Below, piece by piece: positions 21,742 through 32,833 of a DNA stretch of 64,000 bases. Within the stretch, counting starts at the first letter, position 1. Each line of letters begins with the position of its first letter. The translations under genes and the position numbers were made by a program. Origin of the DNA: Oscillospiraceae bacterium (GTDB lineage Bacteria > Bacillota > Clostridia > Oscillospirales > Ruminococcaceae); NCBI GenBank assembly GCA_902779915.1, contig CACZDM010000006.1:66-64065 (forward strand), given 5' to 3'. The notes below the pieces were generated by a model. It saw only the letters and a program-made list of their open reading frames with translations, was not told the origin of the DNA and searched no databases.

Positions 21742-22644
21742 TTAAACACTCAAATATTTTCTAACACTTATCAAACTTCCAGCAACACCTGCCAAAATTC
21801 CGCCAAACAAAAATCCAAAAACAACCAAAAGCCCAACATTTCCAAACCTAATCCAACTTGAGAACATGGATTTCAAAAACGCAGAACTGTTCTCAGTGAG
21901 TATGACTGAAATGGCTTCATATCCAACAAAAATCATAACAAAAGCAACGATAGCTGAAATCACGCCAATTGCCATTCCTTCAACTAAAAACGGCAGTCTA
22001 ACAAAATTATCAGTCGCTCCAACCTGCTTCATTATCGCAATCTCCCTCCTTCTTGCAAAAACCGTTGCGCGAATTGTGTTGGAGATGATGACAAGCGAAG
22101 TCAATATCAACGCAAGAACAACAGCTGTTCCAAACCAGCCAACCGTCCTCCCGAGCTCTTTAATCATGTTGGTGAGATTTGTCGGAAGCGAAACATGCTC
22201 AACCAATGAAGAATTTTGCGCAATCTGAACAACGTCATCCACTTTTGCCATGTCTTTTATATGTACGTTAACTGATGCTGGCAAAATATTCTCCTCTGAA
22301 AGCGTTTTAATAGCTGAATCACTGTTAACCCTTTTAGAATAGTTCAAAAGCGCCTGTTCTTTAGAAATATATTCCGCATCCTTGACGCTGTCATTACTTT
22401 CAATCGAATGGATTAAACAATCAACCTCCGCCTGCTCAACATCATTTTTTAAAAATGCGACCATCGTGCTTTGTTCGCCAATATAAGCAACCATATTATT
22501 GATATTTCCCGTCACTAAAATTGAACACCCAACTGCCAGCAAACACGCAGTTAAAACTCCAATCGAAGCCAAAGCCATGAGCTTATTTTTAATGACATTT
22601 TTCAACCCCTCGAAAAACAAATACTTTAAACTATTAACGTTCAT
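21742..22644 (-). CDS. ftsX: Cell-division ABC transporter permease FtsX
   Basis: Four TM segments and a large first extracytoplasmic loop. Start moved to MNVNSLKYLFFEG; the ORF-track extension runs into ftsE. Confidence 0.85.
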   Translation of the reverse strand: MNVNSLKYLFFEGLKNVIKNKLMALASIGVLTACLLAVGCSILVTGNINNMVAYIGEQSTMVAFLKNDVEQAEVDCLIHSIESNDSVKDAEYISKEQALLNYSKRVNSDSAIKTLSEENILPASVNVHIKDMAKVDDVVQIAQNSSLVEHVSLPTNLTNMIKELGRTVGWFGTAVVLALILTSLVIISNTIRATVFARRREIAIMKQVGATDNFVRLPFLVEGMAIGVISAIVAFVMIFVGYEAISVILTENSSAFLKSMFSSWIRFGNVGLLVVFGFLFGGILAGVAGSLISVRKYLSV

Positions 22645-23362
22645 TTGCCCCTCCAACAACCTTTTCATTTTTTTCAACAGATGAAATCTTTCCAACAATA
22701 TTTTCATCAAATGCGATTTTTCCGCCTTCAATTCCAATAACCCGGCCACCAAAACTGCGAACAAGCTCATGTTCATGCGTGACAATAACGATGGTGGTCC
22801 CGCAATATTTGTTAATCTCAACAAGCAAATCAACAATTTGCATTGACAACTCAGGATCTATGTTTCCGGTTGGCTCGTCAGCAACAAGTATTGGCGGATC
22901 GCTGGCTAAAGCCCTAGCTATTGCAACACGCTGCTGCTCGCCGCCGGAAAGCTCATTTGGAAATTTATTTAGCGATTCAGACAAATTAACCAAATCCAAA
23001 ACATACGGCACCCTTGTTTTTATATATTTGTTTGAATAGTTCGTCACGCGTAAAACAAATGCAACATTATCAAAAACAGACATGCTGGGAATCAGTCTAA
23101 AATCCTGAAAAACCATCCCTATCGTCCGCCGAAACCTTGGGATTTCTTTCCTACCCATCTTTCCCAGATTATAGCCATTTATCACCACATCGCCACGAGT
23201 TGCGACATTTTCACGAGTTATCAATTTCAGAAGCGAACTTTTTCCGGCTCCAGATTGGCCAACAATGAAAACAAACTCCCCATCCGCAACTTTCAAATTA
23301 ACATCACGCAAAGCGCAAGTCCCATTTTCATAGTTAAAACAAACATTTTTCATTTCTATCAT
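22634..23362 (-). CDS. ftsE: Cell-division ATP-binding protein FtsE
   Basis: GQSGAGKSS Walker A, LSGGEQQR signature, Walker B ILVADEPTG. Confidence 0.9.
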   Translation of the reverse strand: MIEMKNVCFNYENGTCALRDVNLKVADGEFVFIVGQSGAGKSSLLKLITRENVATRGDVVINGYNLGKMGRKEIPRFRRTIGMVFQDFRLIPSMSVFDNVAFVLRVTNYSNKYIKTRVPYVLDLVNLSESLNKFPNELSGGEQQRVAIARALASDPPILVADEPTGNIDPELSMQIVDLLVEINKYCGTTIVIVTHEHELVRSFGGRVIGIEGGKIAFDENIVGKISSVEKNEKVVGGANER

Positions 23363-23417
23363 TTAAAAAATACTCACTTTCTAAAATTAATCTACAAAAT
23401 CAACTTTTTCAAAAGAT

Positions 23418-24503
23418 CTAATTATCTCTCAGCCTCGAAGCCAAATATTTTCTAACCATCAAAGCTATTCTAAAAACTATGGCATCATCAAATTCCCTCA
23501 AATCCAGCCCGGTTATTCTCTTTATCTTTTCCAGCCTATAGACAAGCGTGTTCCTGTGGACAAACAGCCTCCTGGACGTCTCTGAAACATTTAAATTATT
23601 TTCAAAAAATTTGTTTATTGTAAAAAATGTTTCTTCATCTAGAGCTTCAATCGGCTCCTTTCTAAAAACTTCACCCAAAAAATCTTCGCAAAGCTTAACT
23701 GGCAACTGATATATTAACCTATACACCCCCAAATGGCCATAACTGGTGACTGGCGAATTCATGTCGAACGCCTTTGAAATATCCAAAGAGACCTTGGCTT
23801 CCCTAAACGAACCAGCAAGGTCTTTTATGTTGTCAACAAAACTTCCAATTCCAACAACCACCTTCGCCTCAAGCTCCGAAAACAAGCTGTCGACGATTGA
23901 TGTTGCTAATTTCTTTAAATCACCCAACAAAATATCATTGCCCACTTCTTTTATCAAAATGACATCCGTTTCGTTTATATTAAAAACAAAATCCTTTTGC
24001 CGATCTGGAAACAACTTCCGAATAACCTCAAAAACAGGAACTTCCTGGCCAACAACAATTCTTATCAAAAAAGCAACCCTTTTAACATCAGTTTTAAAGC
24101 TCAATTCCTTAGCTTTTATATATATCTCGCCAGGCAAAATATTGTCCAATATAATGTTTTTAACAAAATTGTTTCTGTCATATTTTTCGTCATAGTACTG
24201 CTTTATGTTTGATAAAGCAACAGCCAGTATTTTGACGCAACGTATTGCAGTTTCATCGACGCCTTCAACAAAAACAGCATACTCTAAACTACTATGAATT
24301 CCAAACATTTTATATACATATCCATCAAATATAAAGACGTCTTGAGACCCCATCAAATTGGCAGACAAAACATCTCGATATGCCCCCATTTTAGACAAAT
24401 CGCTGCAAGCTATGACAGTGTCTTTGCTGTCAACAACGCCAAAGACTCTTTTAACAACATCTTTCATTTGATTTACCACAGTTTGAAACAGCCTGCTGGA
24501 CAT
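23418..24503 (-). CDS. PucR/CdaR-family transcriptional regulator
   Basis: C-terminal HTH (...ETSRRLFVHRNTLVYRLEKI...) typical of the PucR C-terminal domain. Confidence 0.7.
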   Translation of the reverse strand: MSSRLFQTVVNQMKDVVKRVFGVVDSKDTVIACSDLSKMGAYRDVLSANLMGSQDVFIFDGYVYKMFGIHSSLEYAVFVEGVDETAIRCVKILAVALSNIKQYYDEKYDRNNFVKNIILDNILPGEIYIKAKELSFKTDVKRVAFLIRIVVGQEVPVFEVIRKLFPDRQKDFVFNINETDVILIKEVGNDILLGDLKKLATSIVDSLFSELEAKVVVGIGSFVDNIKDLAGSFREAKVSLDISKAFDMNSPVTSYGHLGVYRLIYQLPVKLCEDFLGEVFRKEPIEALDEETFFTINKFFENNLNVSETSRRLFVHRNTLVYRLEKIKRITGLDLREFDDAIVFRIALMVRKYLASRLRDN

Positions 24504-24925
24504 CCCAAAATCTCCTCTTCATGATTCTTGCAAAAATAAAAACACACAAATCTAAAAGCCCAAAAAATTACAAAACCAAAACAAAAACAACAATCACCAT
24601 TACATAGTGATATAATAGTAACATTTTTGTAGATAATTGTCAACAACTAATGCAAATAATTTTTTAAAAATTTTAAAGTTTTGCACACATTTTGAAACCA
24701 CCTAGATCAAAATTGTTTATATAAATAATATATTTATGTCTATATTGAAATTTTAAACAGACAAACATTAAAATTATATGGAAAATAATATGAAAAATTA
24801 GACTGCAAAAAAACAGTGTTTGTAATAAATTAATTTTAAAAGCGATTCATTTAAAACAATTTTTATATTTCAATGAATTATTCAAGTTTATTCGTCATAA
24901 ACATATATAAAGGGGCTGGTTTTAA

Positions 24926-25348
24926 TTGTTTGCGATTAATTTTAAAATTAATAAATTTATGGCGTGTTCGATGACTATTGCAGTTTTTCTCGCAATAGTT
25001 TTTATATCAACAATTATATTTAAACAAAAAAGCAACCTGGATCCAGAACAATATCTGCGCAATTTGGGGTATGAGATCGAATTTTTGTGTGAAGAAAAAA
25101 TAACAATACCAAAAAAATTCAACAATGTTTTAATTAGTTACAATAAATTACAAAAAGAACAAGGATTTGATCTGTCAAAATTCTGCGGAAAAACATGCGC
25201 CAAAAAGAGATTTCTAGTCACATCCTCCAAAAACAAGTCTGAAAAATATGTTGCGGACATGATAGTGTATGAAGACAAATTAATTGGCGGCGATATACAC
25301 AAACAAGAATATAAACAATCTCCAATGAAAATAAACAGTATAAAATAA
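24926..25348 (+). CDS. Small membrane-anchored protein, DUF4830-like
   Basis: N-terminal TM, then ...LGYEI....E.ITIPKKFN.V...YN.LQKEQGFDLSKF.GK... pattern recalled for DUF4830. TTG start 10 nt after AAAGGGG. Confidence 0.5.
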   Translation: MFAINFKINKFMACSMTIAVFLAIVFISTIIFKQKSNLDPEQYLRNLGYEIEFLCEEKITIPKKFNNVLISYNKLQKEQGFDLSKFCGKTCAKKRFLVTSSKNKSEKYVADMIVYEDKLIGGDIHKQEYKQSPMKINSIK

Positions 25349-25378
25349 AAAATGTCGTTTTAGTAATAAATATATAAA

Positions 25379-26536
25379 TTAATCTAAAAAATCTTTCAGC
25401 TTTTTTGACCTGCTGGGATGACGAAGTTTCCTCAAAGCCTTGGCCTCTATTTGCCGTATGCGCTCCCTAGTCACGTCAAACTCTTTTCCAACCTCCTCCA
25501 AAGTCCTGGAGCGCCCGTCTTCCAAGCCAAATCGCATCCTCAAAACCCTTTCTTCCCTGCCAGTTAAAGTCCCCAAAACGTCTTTGAGCTGCTCTTTAAG
25601 CAAAGCGTGCGAAGCAGCATCAGACGGGGCTGGAGCATCATCATCCGGTATAAAATCCGACAAATGGCTGTCTTCCTCCTCGCCAACGGGAGTCTCCAAA
25701 GAAACAGGTTCCTGCGAAATTCGAATAATTTCCTTAATCTTCTGCTCCGGCAAATCCAAAATTTCAGCTATCTCCTCAGGCTTGGGCTCCCTTCCGTTTT
25801 TATGTAGAAGTTGACTAGAAATTTTTTTAACTTTATTAATTATTTCAACCATATGCACCGGAATTCGTATTGTTCTGGCCTGATCCGCAACAGCCCTTGT
25901 TATCGCCTGACGGATCCACCATGTGGCATATGTTGAAAATTTAAAACCTTTAGTATAATCAAATTTTTCGACAGCTTTTATAAGCCCCAAATTTCCTTCC
26001 TGAATCAGGTCCAAAAACTGCATTCCGCGCCCTAAATATCTTTTTGCTATGGAAACAACCAATCTCAAATTAGCCTCCGAAAGACGTTTTCTCGCTTCAA
26101 TATCACCCTCAGTCATTTGCCGCGCAAGGCTTATCTCCTCTTCAGCCGACAAAAGCGAAACTTTTCCGATCTCTTTGAGATATATTTTAACGGGGTCATC
26201 AACGCTGATTGGCTCATTATACATAACGCTTTCAACGTCCGAATTAACCTCAATGTCTGCGCTAAGGTCAATGTCAAAATCGTCTTCCAGCTCATCCACC
26301 AACTCAATGTTATATTGCTCAAATTTTTCATAGAGCTGTGTGACTTGGTCTGAATCGAAATCAAGCTCCTCAATAGCAACTGCAACCTCTTGTATGCTGA
26401 GTTTTCCTTCTTTTTTGCCCCGATCAATCAAATCTTTAATAACCACTTTCGGGTCGATCTCAATCGGCTCTCTAATTTCAAAATTCAAATCATCGATTTC
26501 GTTTGACAAATCTCCAGATTTTAAATTTTCTTCCAT
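25379..26536 (-). CDS. rpoD: RNA polymerase primary sigma factor
   Basis: Regions 1.1-4.2 recognisable ([20 protein letters not shown], acidic N-terminus). Start moved to the ATG 6 nt after AGGAGG (MEENLKSG). Confidence 0.9.
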   Translation of the reverse strand: MEENLKSGDLSNEIDDLNFEIREPIEIDPKVVIKDLIDRGKKEGKLSIQEVAVAIEELDFDSDQVTQLYEKFEQYNIELVDELEDDFDIDLSADIEVNSDVESVMYNEPISVDDPVKIYLKEIGKVSLLSAEEEISLARQMTEGDIEARKRLSEANLRLVVSIAKRYLGRGMQFLDLIQEGNLGLIKAVEKFDYTKGFKFSTYATWWIRQAITRAVADQARTIRIPVHMVEIINKVKKISSQLLHKNGREPKPEEIAEILDLPEQKIKEIIRISQEPVSLETPVGEEEDSHLSDFIPDDDAPAPSDAASHALLKEQLKDVLGTLTGREERVLRMRFGLEDGRSRTLEEVGKEFDVTRERIRQIEAKALRKLRHPSRSKKLKDFLD

Positions 26537-26564
26537 TTCTTGCCTCCTAAAAGCCATTTTTGAT

Positions 26565-28310
26565 CTAACGCTTTCCACTAGCATATTTCTTTCTCCTTAA
26601 TTCAATCTGCTCCAGCGTCATGGCTGATATATTTTCAGCTTCCTTCTCATATTTCCCTTTAATCAGACGCATATAATCATCAATTTCTTGGGTTGTGTTC
26701 GCAAAATCTTTTCCTTCGTTGACTATTTTCGAAAAAACTCCCATTTCATCAGCGGTTAATATTTCATGAAACAGCAAAAAATCCAAAGCAAAGTTTGATT
26801 TTATTCTATCACATATAATATTGTATATTTTTTTATTTAATTCCAAACTAAACCAACTGGCATCAATTTTACTTGATATATACTCAAGATAATCGGGATT
26901 ATTATACAAAAATCTGATTATTCCCCGCTCCGCCTTTTCATATTTTGAACAGACATTTTTGTCTATACGTTTAGTATATATATTGCGCGAAATTTCCTTG
27001 TCAAACCGTTTCCGTCGAATCTTTCTCTTTTTTTGCAGCAAATATTTAACATGATTGTTAATAATTTCATGCCCAACCTTCAAAGACTGGCAAAGCTGGC
27101 CAACATAAACCTCTCTTTCCAACGGATCAGGTATATCTGAAACAACATGACAATATTCATTGATATAGCGTTTTTTTTGTTCAGGATCATTTAAATTATA
27201 TTTTGAAGCAATATTTTCAATTTTAACTTCAATGGCGCTTCTAGACTGATCTATCGCCAATTTAAGCCTGGCGGATCCATATTTTTTAACATATTCATCG
27301 GGATCTTTAGCCCCCTTAAGCCGCAGTGCTCTCGGATTGATTCCAACTTCCAAAAACATTTTATATGCACGATCAGTGGCCAAAGCCCCGGCCTCGTCTG
27401 CGTCAAAAAGTATAACAATATCGTCAACATGGCGCGAAATAAGCCGAACCTGCGCCTGAGTCAACGCCGTCCCTAGAGCAGCAACGCAACCTCTAAAGCC
27501 GTTTTGATGCATAGATATGACGTCCATATATCCTTCACACAAAATAAACCTCTCCAAACCAGCATTTTTTGCAAAATTTAAGCCATACAGGCCCAAACTT
27601 TTCTTAAACGCCAAAGTGTCCGAAGTGTTTAAATATTTCGGCTTGCTCTCGTCCAAAACCCTTCCGCCAAATCCAACAACATCACCTTTAGCGTCTATTA
27701 TTGGAAACATGACCCGGTTCCTGAATTTGTCGTAATATGTGCCTTTAGTGGATTTTATGATCAAGTCAGCATCACACATCTCTTCGAAAAAAAATCCATT
27801 GGCATGCAAATAATTTTTCAATGAATCCCATGAATCGTCAGCATATCCCAGTCCAAATTTTGTGATGGTCTCCAAAAAAAGCCCTCTATTTTGAAAATAT
27901 TCAAGCCCAAGACGACCCGCTCTAGACTTTAAATTATTGTAAAAAAATCTTGCTGCAAGCCTGTTCATGGCTAAAATGCGCTGTCTTTTTTTGCTGACTT
28001 GGTCATCCAAATCGTCATCTGGAATGGATAAACCAACTCTTTGCGCTAAAAATTTAACAGAATCAACATAATTTAGATTTTCAATTTTTTCAATAAACGT
28101 TATAACATCGCCGCCAACGCCACAGCCAAAGCAATAAAAGCTCTGCGTGTCTTCGTAAACGACCATGGAGGCGGTTTTTTCCGAATGAAACGGACACAAA
28201 CACTTCCTGCTCTTTCCAACAGACTTCAGTTCAACATATGAAGAAACAATAGCCACAATATCACACAAATTTTTTAATTCATATATAAAATTTTCTCCTA
28301 TTTTTGCCAT
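26565..28310 (-). CDS. dnaG: DNA primase
   Basis: [11 protein letters not shown] zinc-binding motif, TOPRIM (EGYMDV), C-terminal helicase-binding region. Confidence 0.9.
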   Translation of the reverse strand: MAKIGENFIYELKNLCDIVAIVSSYVELKSVGKSRKCLCPFHSEKTASMVVYEDTQSFYCFGCGVGGDVITFIEKIENLNYVDSVKFLAQRVGLSIPDDDLDDQVSKKRQRILAMNRLAARFFYNNLKSRAGRLGLEYFQNRGLFLETITKFGLGYADDSWDSLKNYLHANGFFFEEMCDADLIIKSTKGTYYDKFRNRVMFPIIDAKGDVVGFGGRVLDESKPKYLNTSDTLAFKKSLGLYGLNFAKNAGLERFILCEGYMDVISMHQNGFRGCVAALGTALTQAQVRLISRHVDDIVILFDADEAGALATDRAYKMFLEVGINPRALRLKGAKDPDEYVKKYGSARLKLAIDQSRSAIEVKIENIASKYNLNDPEQKKRYINEYCHVVSDIPDPLEREVYVGQLCQSLKVGHEIINNHVKYLLQKKRKIRRKRFDKEISRNIYTKRIDKNVCSKYEKAERGIIRFLYNNPDYLEYISSKIDASWFSLELNKKIYNIICDRIKSNFALDFLLFHEILTADEMGVFSKIVNEGKDFANTTQEIDDYMRLIKGKYEKEAENISAMTLEQIELRRKKYASGKR

Positions 28311-28328
28311 ATTTTCTTCATTCCTCAG

Positions 28329-29336
28329 TCATGTCCCTAAAAATTTTGGAATAAAAAAGTCTATATATTGTTCAGTAATATATATATCACTCATGCCGGA
28401 AATATAATCACATATTGCCCTATCAACATCAAATTTTTTAGCAATCTGTTTATAAAACTCGGGCAGTTTGGAATTATGAGACTGATAGTATTTATACAGC
28501 ATTTTGACGATATTTCTCGCTTTATCCTGCTCAAGTTGAACTTTATTCGAATAATATATATTTTTAAACATATAGTCACGAAGTTTAAACTGGGCTTGGC
28601 TGACCTCGGAAGACATTTTTATGTCGCTGTCACTGTTTTGGATGATAGACCTGGCAACCGTCGCTATCCTCTGACTTTTGCTTGAGCCCAAAACCTTCAA
28701 ACAATCCTGCGGCAAATCCCCGATCGAAAGCATCCCAGCGCGAATCGCATCGTCTATGTCATGATTGACATATGCAACTTTATCGCAAACGCTAACAAGC
28801 CTTCCTTCCAATGTCTTGGCCTTGTCCCCGCCAAACGAGTGACACTTTATCCCGTCTATAACTTCATATGTTAAATTTAAACCCCGGCCATGATTTGCCA
28901 AAAAATCAACGACCCTGACTCCGTTTTCTGAATGCGAAAAACCGTGAGGACAGACCTGATTCAAAACTTCCTCGCCAGAATGCCCAAAAGGAGAATGGCC
29001 TATATCGTGGCCCAAAGCGATCGCCTCAACCAAATCCTCATTAAGCCCAAGCCCTCTCGCAATGGTCCTTGAAATTTGCGAAACCTCGAGAGAATGAATA
29101 AGGCGCGTCCGATAATGGTCTCCGCAAGGAGCCAAAAAAACCTGCGTCTTTTCTTTGAGCCGACTGAATGCATTGCTGTTTAAAATCCTGTCCCGGTCTC
29201 TCTGAAAATCCGTTCTCAAATCGTCTGCTTTTTCCTCCTTCGCCCTCCCCTTGCTTTCGCTAACCAAACACGCATTTGAACTCAAGACCTGTCTTTCAAT
29301 TTCTTGTGTCCTGTGTCTGATTGAAAAATGATCCAT
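28329..29336 (-). CDS. dgt: dGTP triphosphohydrolase-like HD-domain protein
   Basis: HSLEV...GHDIGHSPFGH HD motif; typical position upstream of dnaG-rpoD. Confidence 0.85.
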   Translation of the reverse strand: MDHFSIRHRTQEIERQVLSSNACLVSESKGRAKEEKADDLRTDFQRDRDRILNSNAFSRLKEKTQVFLAPCGDHYRTRLIHSLEVSQISRTIARGLGLNEDLVEAIALGHDIGHSPFGHSGEEVLNQVCPHGFSHSENGVRVVDFLANHGRGLNLTYEVIDGIKCHSFGGDKAKTLEGRLVSVCDKVAYVNHDIDDAIRAGMLSIGDLPQDCLKVLGSSKSQRIATVARSIIQNSDSDIKMSSEVSQAQFKLRDYMFKNIYYSNKVQLEQDKARNIVKMLYKYYQSHNSKLPEFYKQIAKKFDVDRAICDYISGMSDIYITEQYIDFFIPKFLGT

Positions 29337-29379
29337 ATAGTCAAATTCTCCTTAAAAAAATGATATTTTGAAAAATATA

Positions 29380-30012
29380 TCATAATCTTTTTATTCTTTC
29401 CCACGCCTCTCCAATATTTTCTATTTTGAATCCGCCACAAGTTCTTTCAGACAACAATTTTTCAAATTTTCCCTTATTTTCGACATCTATCAACAATTCT
29501 AGCCCAACCTTATCTGAAAAATTTTTCTCAACAACCCTCACATCAAAATTTTCAATTAAATTCTGCAGCTTCGAAAATTCTCCATATTCAACAAAAATTT
29601 TCACACGCGCACACAACAAGCACTTAGCAATAACTGCGTTTTCCAGCAATTTTTTACAAACGCTCGAATATGCCCCAACCAAACCACCGGTCCCAAGCAA
29701 AACGCCTCCAAAATATCGAGTCACAACAACACACACATCGTATATCTGCTCTCGCTTCAACATTTCTAAAATGGGTTTTCCAGACGTTCCGTGCGGCTCG
29801 CCGTCATCAGAACAGTACATAACGCCGCTTTTGTAAATAGAGTAGGCTGGGACATTGTGGGTTGCGTCTTTATATTCCGATCTAATCGCGGATATGAAAC
29901 TCTCTGCCTCTTGCCTGCTTTTAACGTGAACCATGTGGCCCAAAAATTTTGAACGCTTCTCAACCATTTCAACCTCAACCGGGTCCATTATAGTTAAATA
30001 AGGTCTTTCCAT
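29380..30012 (-). CDS. yigZ: YigZ/IMPACT-family protein
   Basis: UPF0029-type N-domain (KSKF.GH......DATHNV.AY) plus a DUF1949-like C-domain. Confidence 0.8.
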   Translation of the reverse strand: MERPYLTIMDPVEVEMVEKRSKFLGHMVHVKSRQEAESFISAIRSEYKDATHNVPAYSIYKSGVMYCSDDGEPHGTSGKPILEMLKREQIYDVCVVVTRYFGGVLLGTGGLVGAYSSVCKKLLENAVIAKCLLCARVKIFVEYGEFSKLQNLIENFDVRVVEKNFSDKVGLELLIDVENKGKFEKLLSERTCGGFKIENIGEAWERIKRL

Positions 30013-30115
30013 CCCAAAATCAACACCCTTTTAAACACCAGGCCCATCGCCAACAGAACAAGACGGTGCACCCAATAATAAAACACCGCCTATATTAAGT
30101 TCAGCAAATCCGCCA

Positions 30116-30319
30116 TCACTTGCCAAGATTGAAACGTCTCCTAAACCGATCAACACGGCCGCCAGTGTCAACTAACTTCTGTTTTCCAGTGAAGAAAGGA
30201 TGACACCTCGAGCAAATCTCAATTTTGATGTCTTGCTTTGTTGAGCGAGTTTCAATCACATTCCCACAAGCGCAAGTGATTGTTGTCGACTCATATTTTG
30301 GATGTATATCTTTTTTCAT
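30116..30319 (-). CDS. rpmE: 50S ribosomal protein L31 (Cys-containing type A)
   Basis: MKKDIHPKY start and CxC...CSxCHPF motif. Confidence 0.9.
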   Translation of the reverse strand: MKKDIHPKYESTTITCACGNVIETRSTKQDIKIEICSRCHPFFTGKQKLVDTGGRVDRFRRRFNLGK

Positions 30320-30374
30320 TCCAAGTCACCTCCAAACTTAAAATGCGCAAATTCTTAAAATCAACACTTCCTTC

Positions 30375-30403
30375 ATTATAACATAACATAAAACAAATTG
30401 CAA
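30375..30403 (-). promoter_or_regulatory. Promoter for rpmE
   Basis: Minus strand: TTGCAA, 17 nt, TATAAT. Confidence 0.5.
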
Positions 30404-30506
30404 TAACTTTATTAAAAAAATTTTTAAAAATTTTTGGCAGGTTTAAAGTTAACATCTCACAGGTAAGTAAACAGTCGCCAGGGCCAACGAATTATATTAT
30501 TAAATT

Positions 30507-30956
30507 GGTTTATATTTGTCCCAATAAACCTTCTTTTTTAAAAACCCAACTCTTTGCTCAAAAACCCCAACAATTTCAAATATGCTTGATCGCGTTAAAA
30601 AAACAATTCAAAAATCAATCCAAGCGCCGCCAGCTCACAACCAACTGTATTATTCAACTTTTCTCAACCACAAACCATTTTGAAAGCTTCCTCAACAAGC
30701 GGTAGGTTAATGCCCGCGAGATCGGCCGGTTTTAAGCTGGAACGCTTTTTGACCTTGACTTGTTAAGGAATTTTCGAGAAAGCTGGGAGTTAAAAACAAG
30801 GTCAGATTGCATGGTTTATGGTTGGCAGGAGGCGTTTTAAGGCATTTTATCAATGTTTTTTCAAACGCCCTTCGAGGACATCCTAATTTGAGACGGTTTT
30901 TTTCAATCAAATTCCCAGATTTTCAAGAAGAAGGATTAAGGAAACAAATATAACCC
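30507..30956 (+). repeat. Full-length foldback element (A arm about 30507-30722, B arm about 30723-30956)
   Basis: GGTTTATATTTGTCCC at the left end and GGAAACAAATATAACCC at the right end. A-arm blocks present: GATCGCGTT, AAGCGCCGCCAGCTCACAACCAACTGTATTATT, AACAAGCGGTAGG. Confidence 0.8.
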
Positions 30957-31066
30957 AAATCCAAATTTGTCAAATTTTTTAACTTATATCTAATTTATTC
31001 AACTGCATCTCAAGACTAATTGTAATATGAAGCCCTAATAAGATATACTTTTAGTAATGCAACTGG

Positions 31067-32791
31067 TTATTCGTTAATATATTTTTCGACCTCTTCCTTC
31101 ATTTTTAATTGATATTCCTCTGCTTCTGAAAAAGTTGAACCGGTTGAAGTATAATATACTTTAATTTTTGGCTCTGTCCCAGACGGCCGAATAATCAAGG
31201 ACGAGTCCTTCTCCAGCTTAAACTCAATAACATTCGACTTTGGCAAATCAATGCTGCTGATCGTGGTGTTGATGATATCGAAATCCTTGCTAAGCAAATA
31301 GTCTAAAAACCGCAAAACCTTAAGCCCGCCTATGGTTTTCGGGGAATCATCCCTGATTTTAGAAATTATTTTTTGCATTTTAATCGCACCGTTCACACCA
31401 TCAAAAACATAACTGTCAATCGCATTTTTGCACACGCCGTATTCTTTATATATATGACTCAAAGCTTTTAAAACCGACATACCCGATTTTTTATAAAAAG
31501 CTGTCATCTCGCAAACAAGCATTGTCGCAATGACTCCGTCCTTATCCCTAACATAGCTTCCCGCCAAATATCCGTGGCTCTCTTCAAACCCAAAAATAAA
31601 GCTGTCTTGCCTGCCTAATTTTTCTAAAATACCAATTTGCTCTCCAATATATTTAAAACCAGTTAAAACATTTTTTAGTTTTACGTTATATTTTTTGGCA
31701 ATTTTTTCAGCAATATCACTCGAAACAATCGTCTTAACAGCAATAGGATCTTTGGGCAAAGTTCCCAAAGCCGCTCTCTGACAGCATATATATTCAAGCA
31801 AAAGCGCGCCGATCTGATTTCCGGTCAGCAAAACATATTCTCCCGCTTCATCAGGAACCGCAACTCCAATCCTGTCGCAATCCGGATCAGTCGCAATCAG
31901 TATGTCGGGTTTATAAATTTTGCAATCCCGAAGCCCCAAATCAAGCGCCTCTTTAATTTCAGGGTTGGGGACTTGGCATGTTGAAAAATTTCCATCTGGA
32001 TTCTCCTGCTCCAAAACAACGTGAACAGATTTAACCCCCATGCGCGAAAACATCGTCCTAATCACCCGATTCCCAGCTCCATGAAGCGGCGTATACACAA
32101 CGCAAAAACCGGGATCAGCCAAAACATCGGGATGAATCAAACAGCTTTCAACACAGTCCATATAGGATTTTTCAACATCATCGGATATATATTTTATCAC
32201 GCCTTTATAAAGTCCCTGTTCAAAATCCATCAATTTTATGTCTTTAAACATATCTATATTCAATGATATCTCATATATTTGACTTGCGTCATCTTCTCTC
32301 AACTGACATCCATCTTTTCCATACACTTTATATCCGTTATATTGAGCGGGATTGTGGCTTGCGGTGACCATAATTCCAGCATCACATCCAAGATTTCTGA
32401 CTGCATACGATAAACATGGAACAGGCATAATTTCTTTATATATATTGACAAATATTCCATTGGCTGCAAAAACACACGCAGCCTCTTTGGCAAAAAGATC
32501 GGATTTTATCCTGCTATCATAGCCAATCGCAATGGAGGGGTTTTTAAAGTTTTTTGTTAAATATTCACAAAACGCCTGCGTCACTTTGCGGACGACATAT
32601 ATGTTCATTCGGGCCGTCCCAGCTCCAATAATTCCCCTGATTCCAGCGGTTCCAAACTCTAATTCTTTATAAAACCGCTCCTCTATGGCTTTTTTATCAT
32701 TTTCTATTTTATCAAGTTCATGTACTAAATCAACATCATCAGTTGCACATTTCCTCCAAAGTTCATAAATTTTAATCTCTGGTCCACCCAT
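31067..32791 (-). CDS. Phosphoglucomutase/phosphomannomutase (alpha-D-phosphohexomutase family)
   Basis: TASHNPAQYNGYK active-site serine loop, DPDCDR metal loop, 574 aa. Confidence 0.85.
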   Translation of the reverse strand: MGGPEIKIYELWRKCATDDVDLVHELDKIENDKKAIEERFYKELEFGTAGIRGIIGAGTARMNIYVVRKVTQAFCEYLTKNFKNPSIAIGYDSRIKSDLFAKEAACVFAANGIFVNIYKEIMPVPCLSYAVRNLGCDAGIMVTASHNPAQYNGYKVYGKDGCQLREDDASQIYEISLNIDMFKDIKLMDFEQGLYKGVIKYISDDVEKSYMDCVESCLIHPDVLADPGFCVVYTPLHGAGNRVIRTMFSRMGVKSVHVVLEQENPDGNFSTCQVPNPEIKEALDLGLRDCKIYKPDILIATDPDCDRIGVAVPDEAGEYVLLTGNQIGALLLEYICCQRAALGTLPKDPIAVKTIVSSDIAEKIAKKYNVKLKNVLTGFKYIGEQIGILEKLGRQDSFIFGFEESHGYLAGSYVRDKDGVIATMLVCEMTAFYKKSGMSVLKALSHIYKEYGVCKNAIDSYVFDGVNGAIKMQKIISKIRDDSPKTIGGLKVLRFLDYLLSKDFDIINTTISSIDLPKSNVIEFKLEKDSSLIIRPSGTEPKIKVYYTSTGSTFSEAEEYQLKMKEEVEKYINE

Positions 32792-32833
32792 ATGCGCTCT
32801 CTCCTAAAAATTAATCGCAGCAATAAAAATTTT

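Noticed and set aside
22645-22836. Apparent 200-nt overlap of ftsX with ftsE
   Set aside because: The upstream extension has no FtsX-like sequence. The internal ATG at 22644 gives the canonical FtsX N-terminus and only an 11-nt overlap with ftsE.
24504-24925. 422-bp AT-rich gap between the PucR-like regulator and the DUF4830-like gene, with a TGaTATAAT at about 24612-24620. Could it be an sRNA, an origin or a riboswitch?
   Set aside because: I could find no DnaA-box clusters, no conserved structured core, and no terminator that would define an sRNA. It most likely holds only divergent promoters and leaders.
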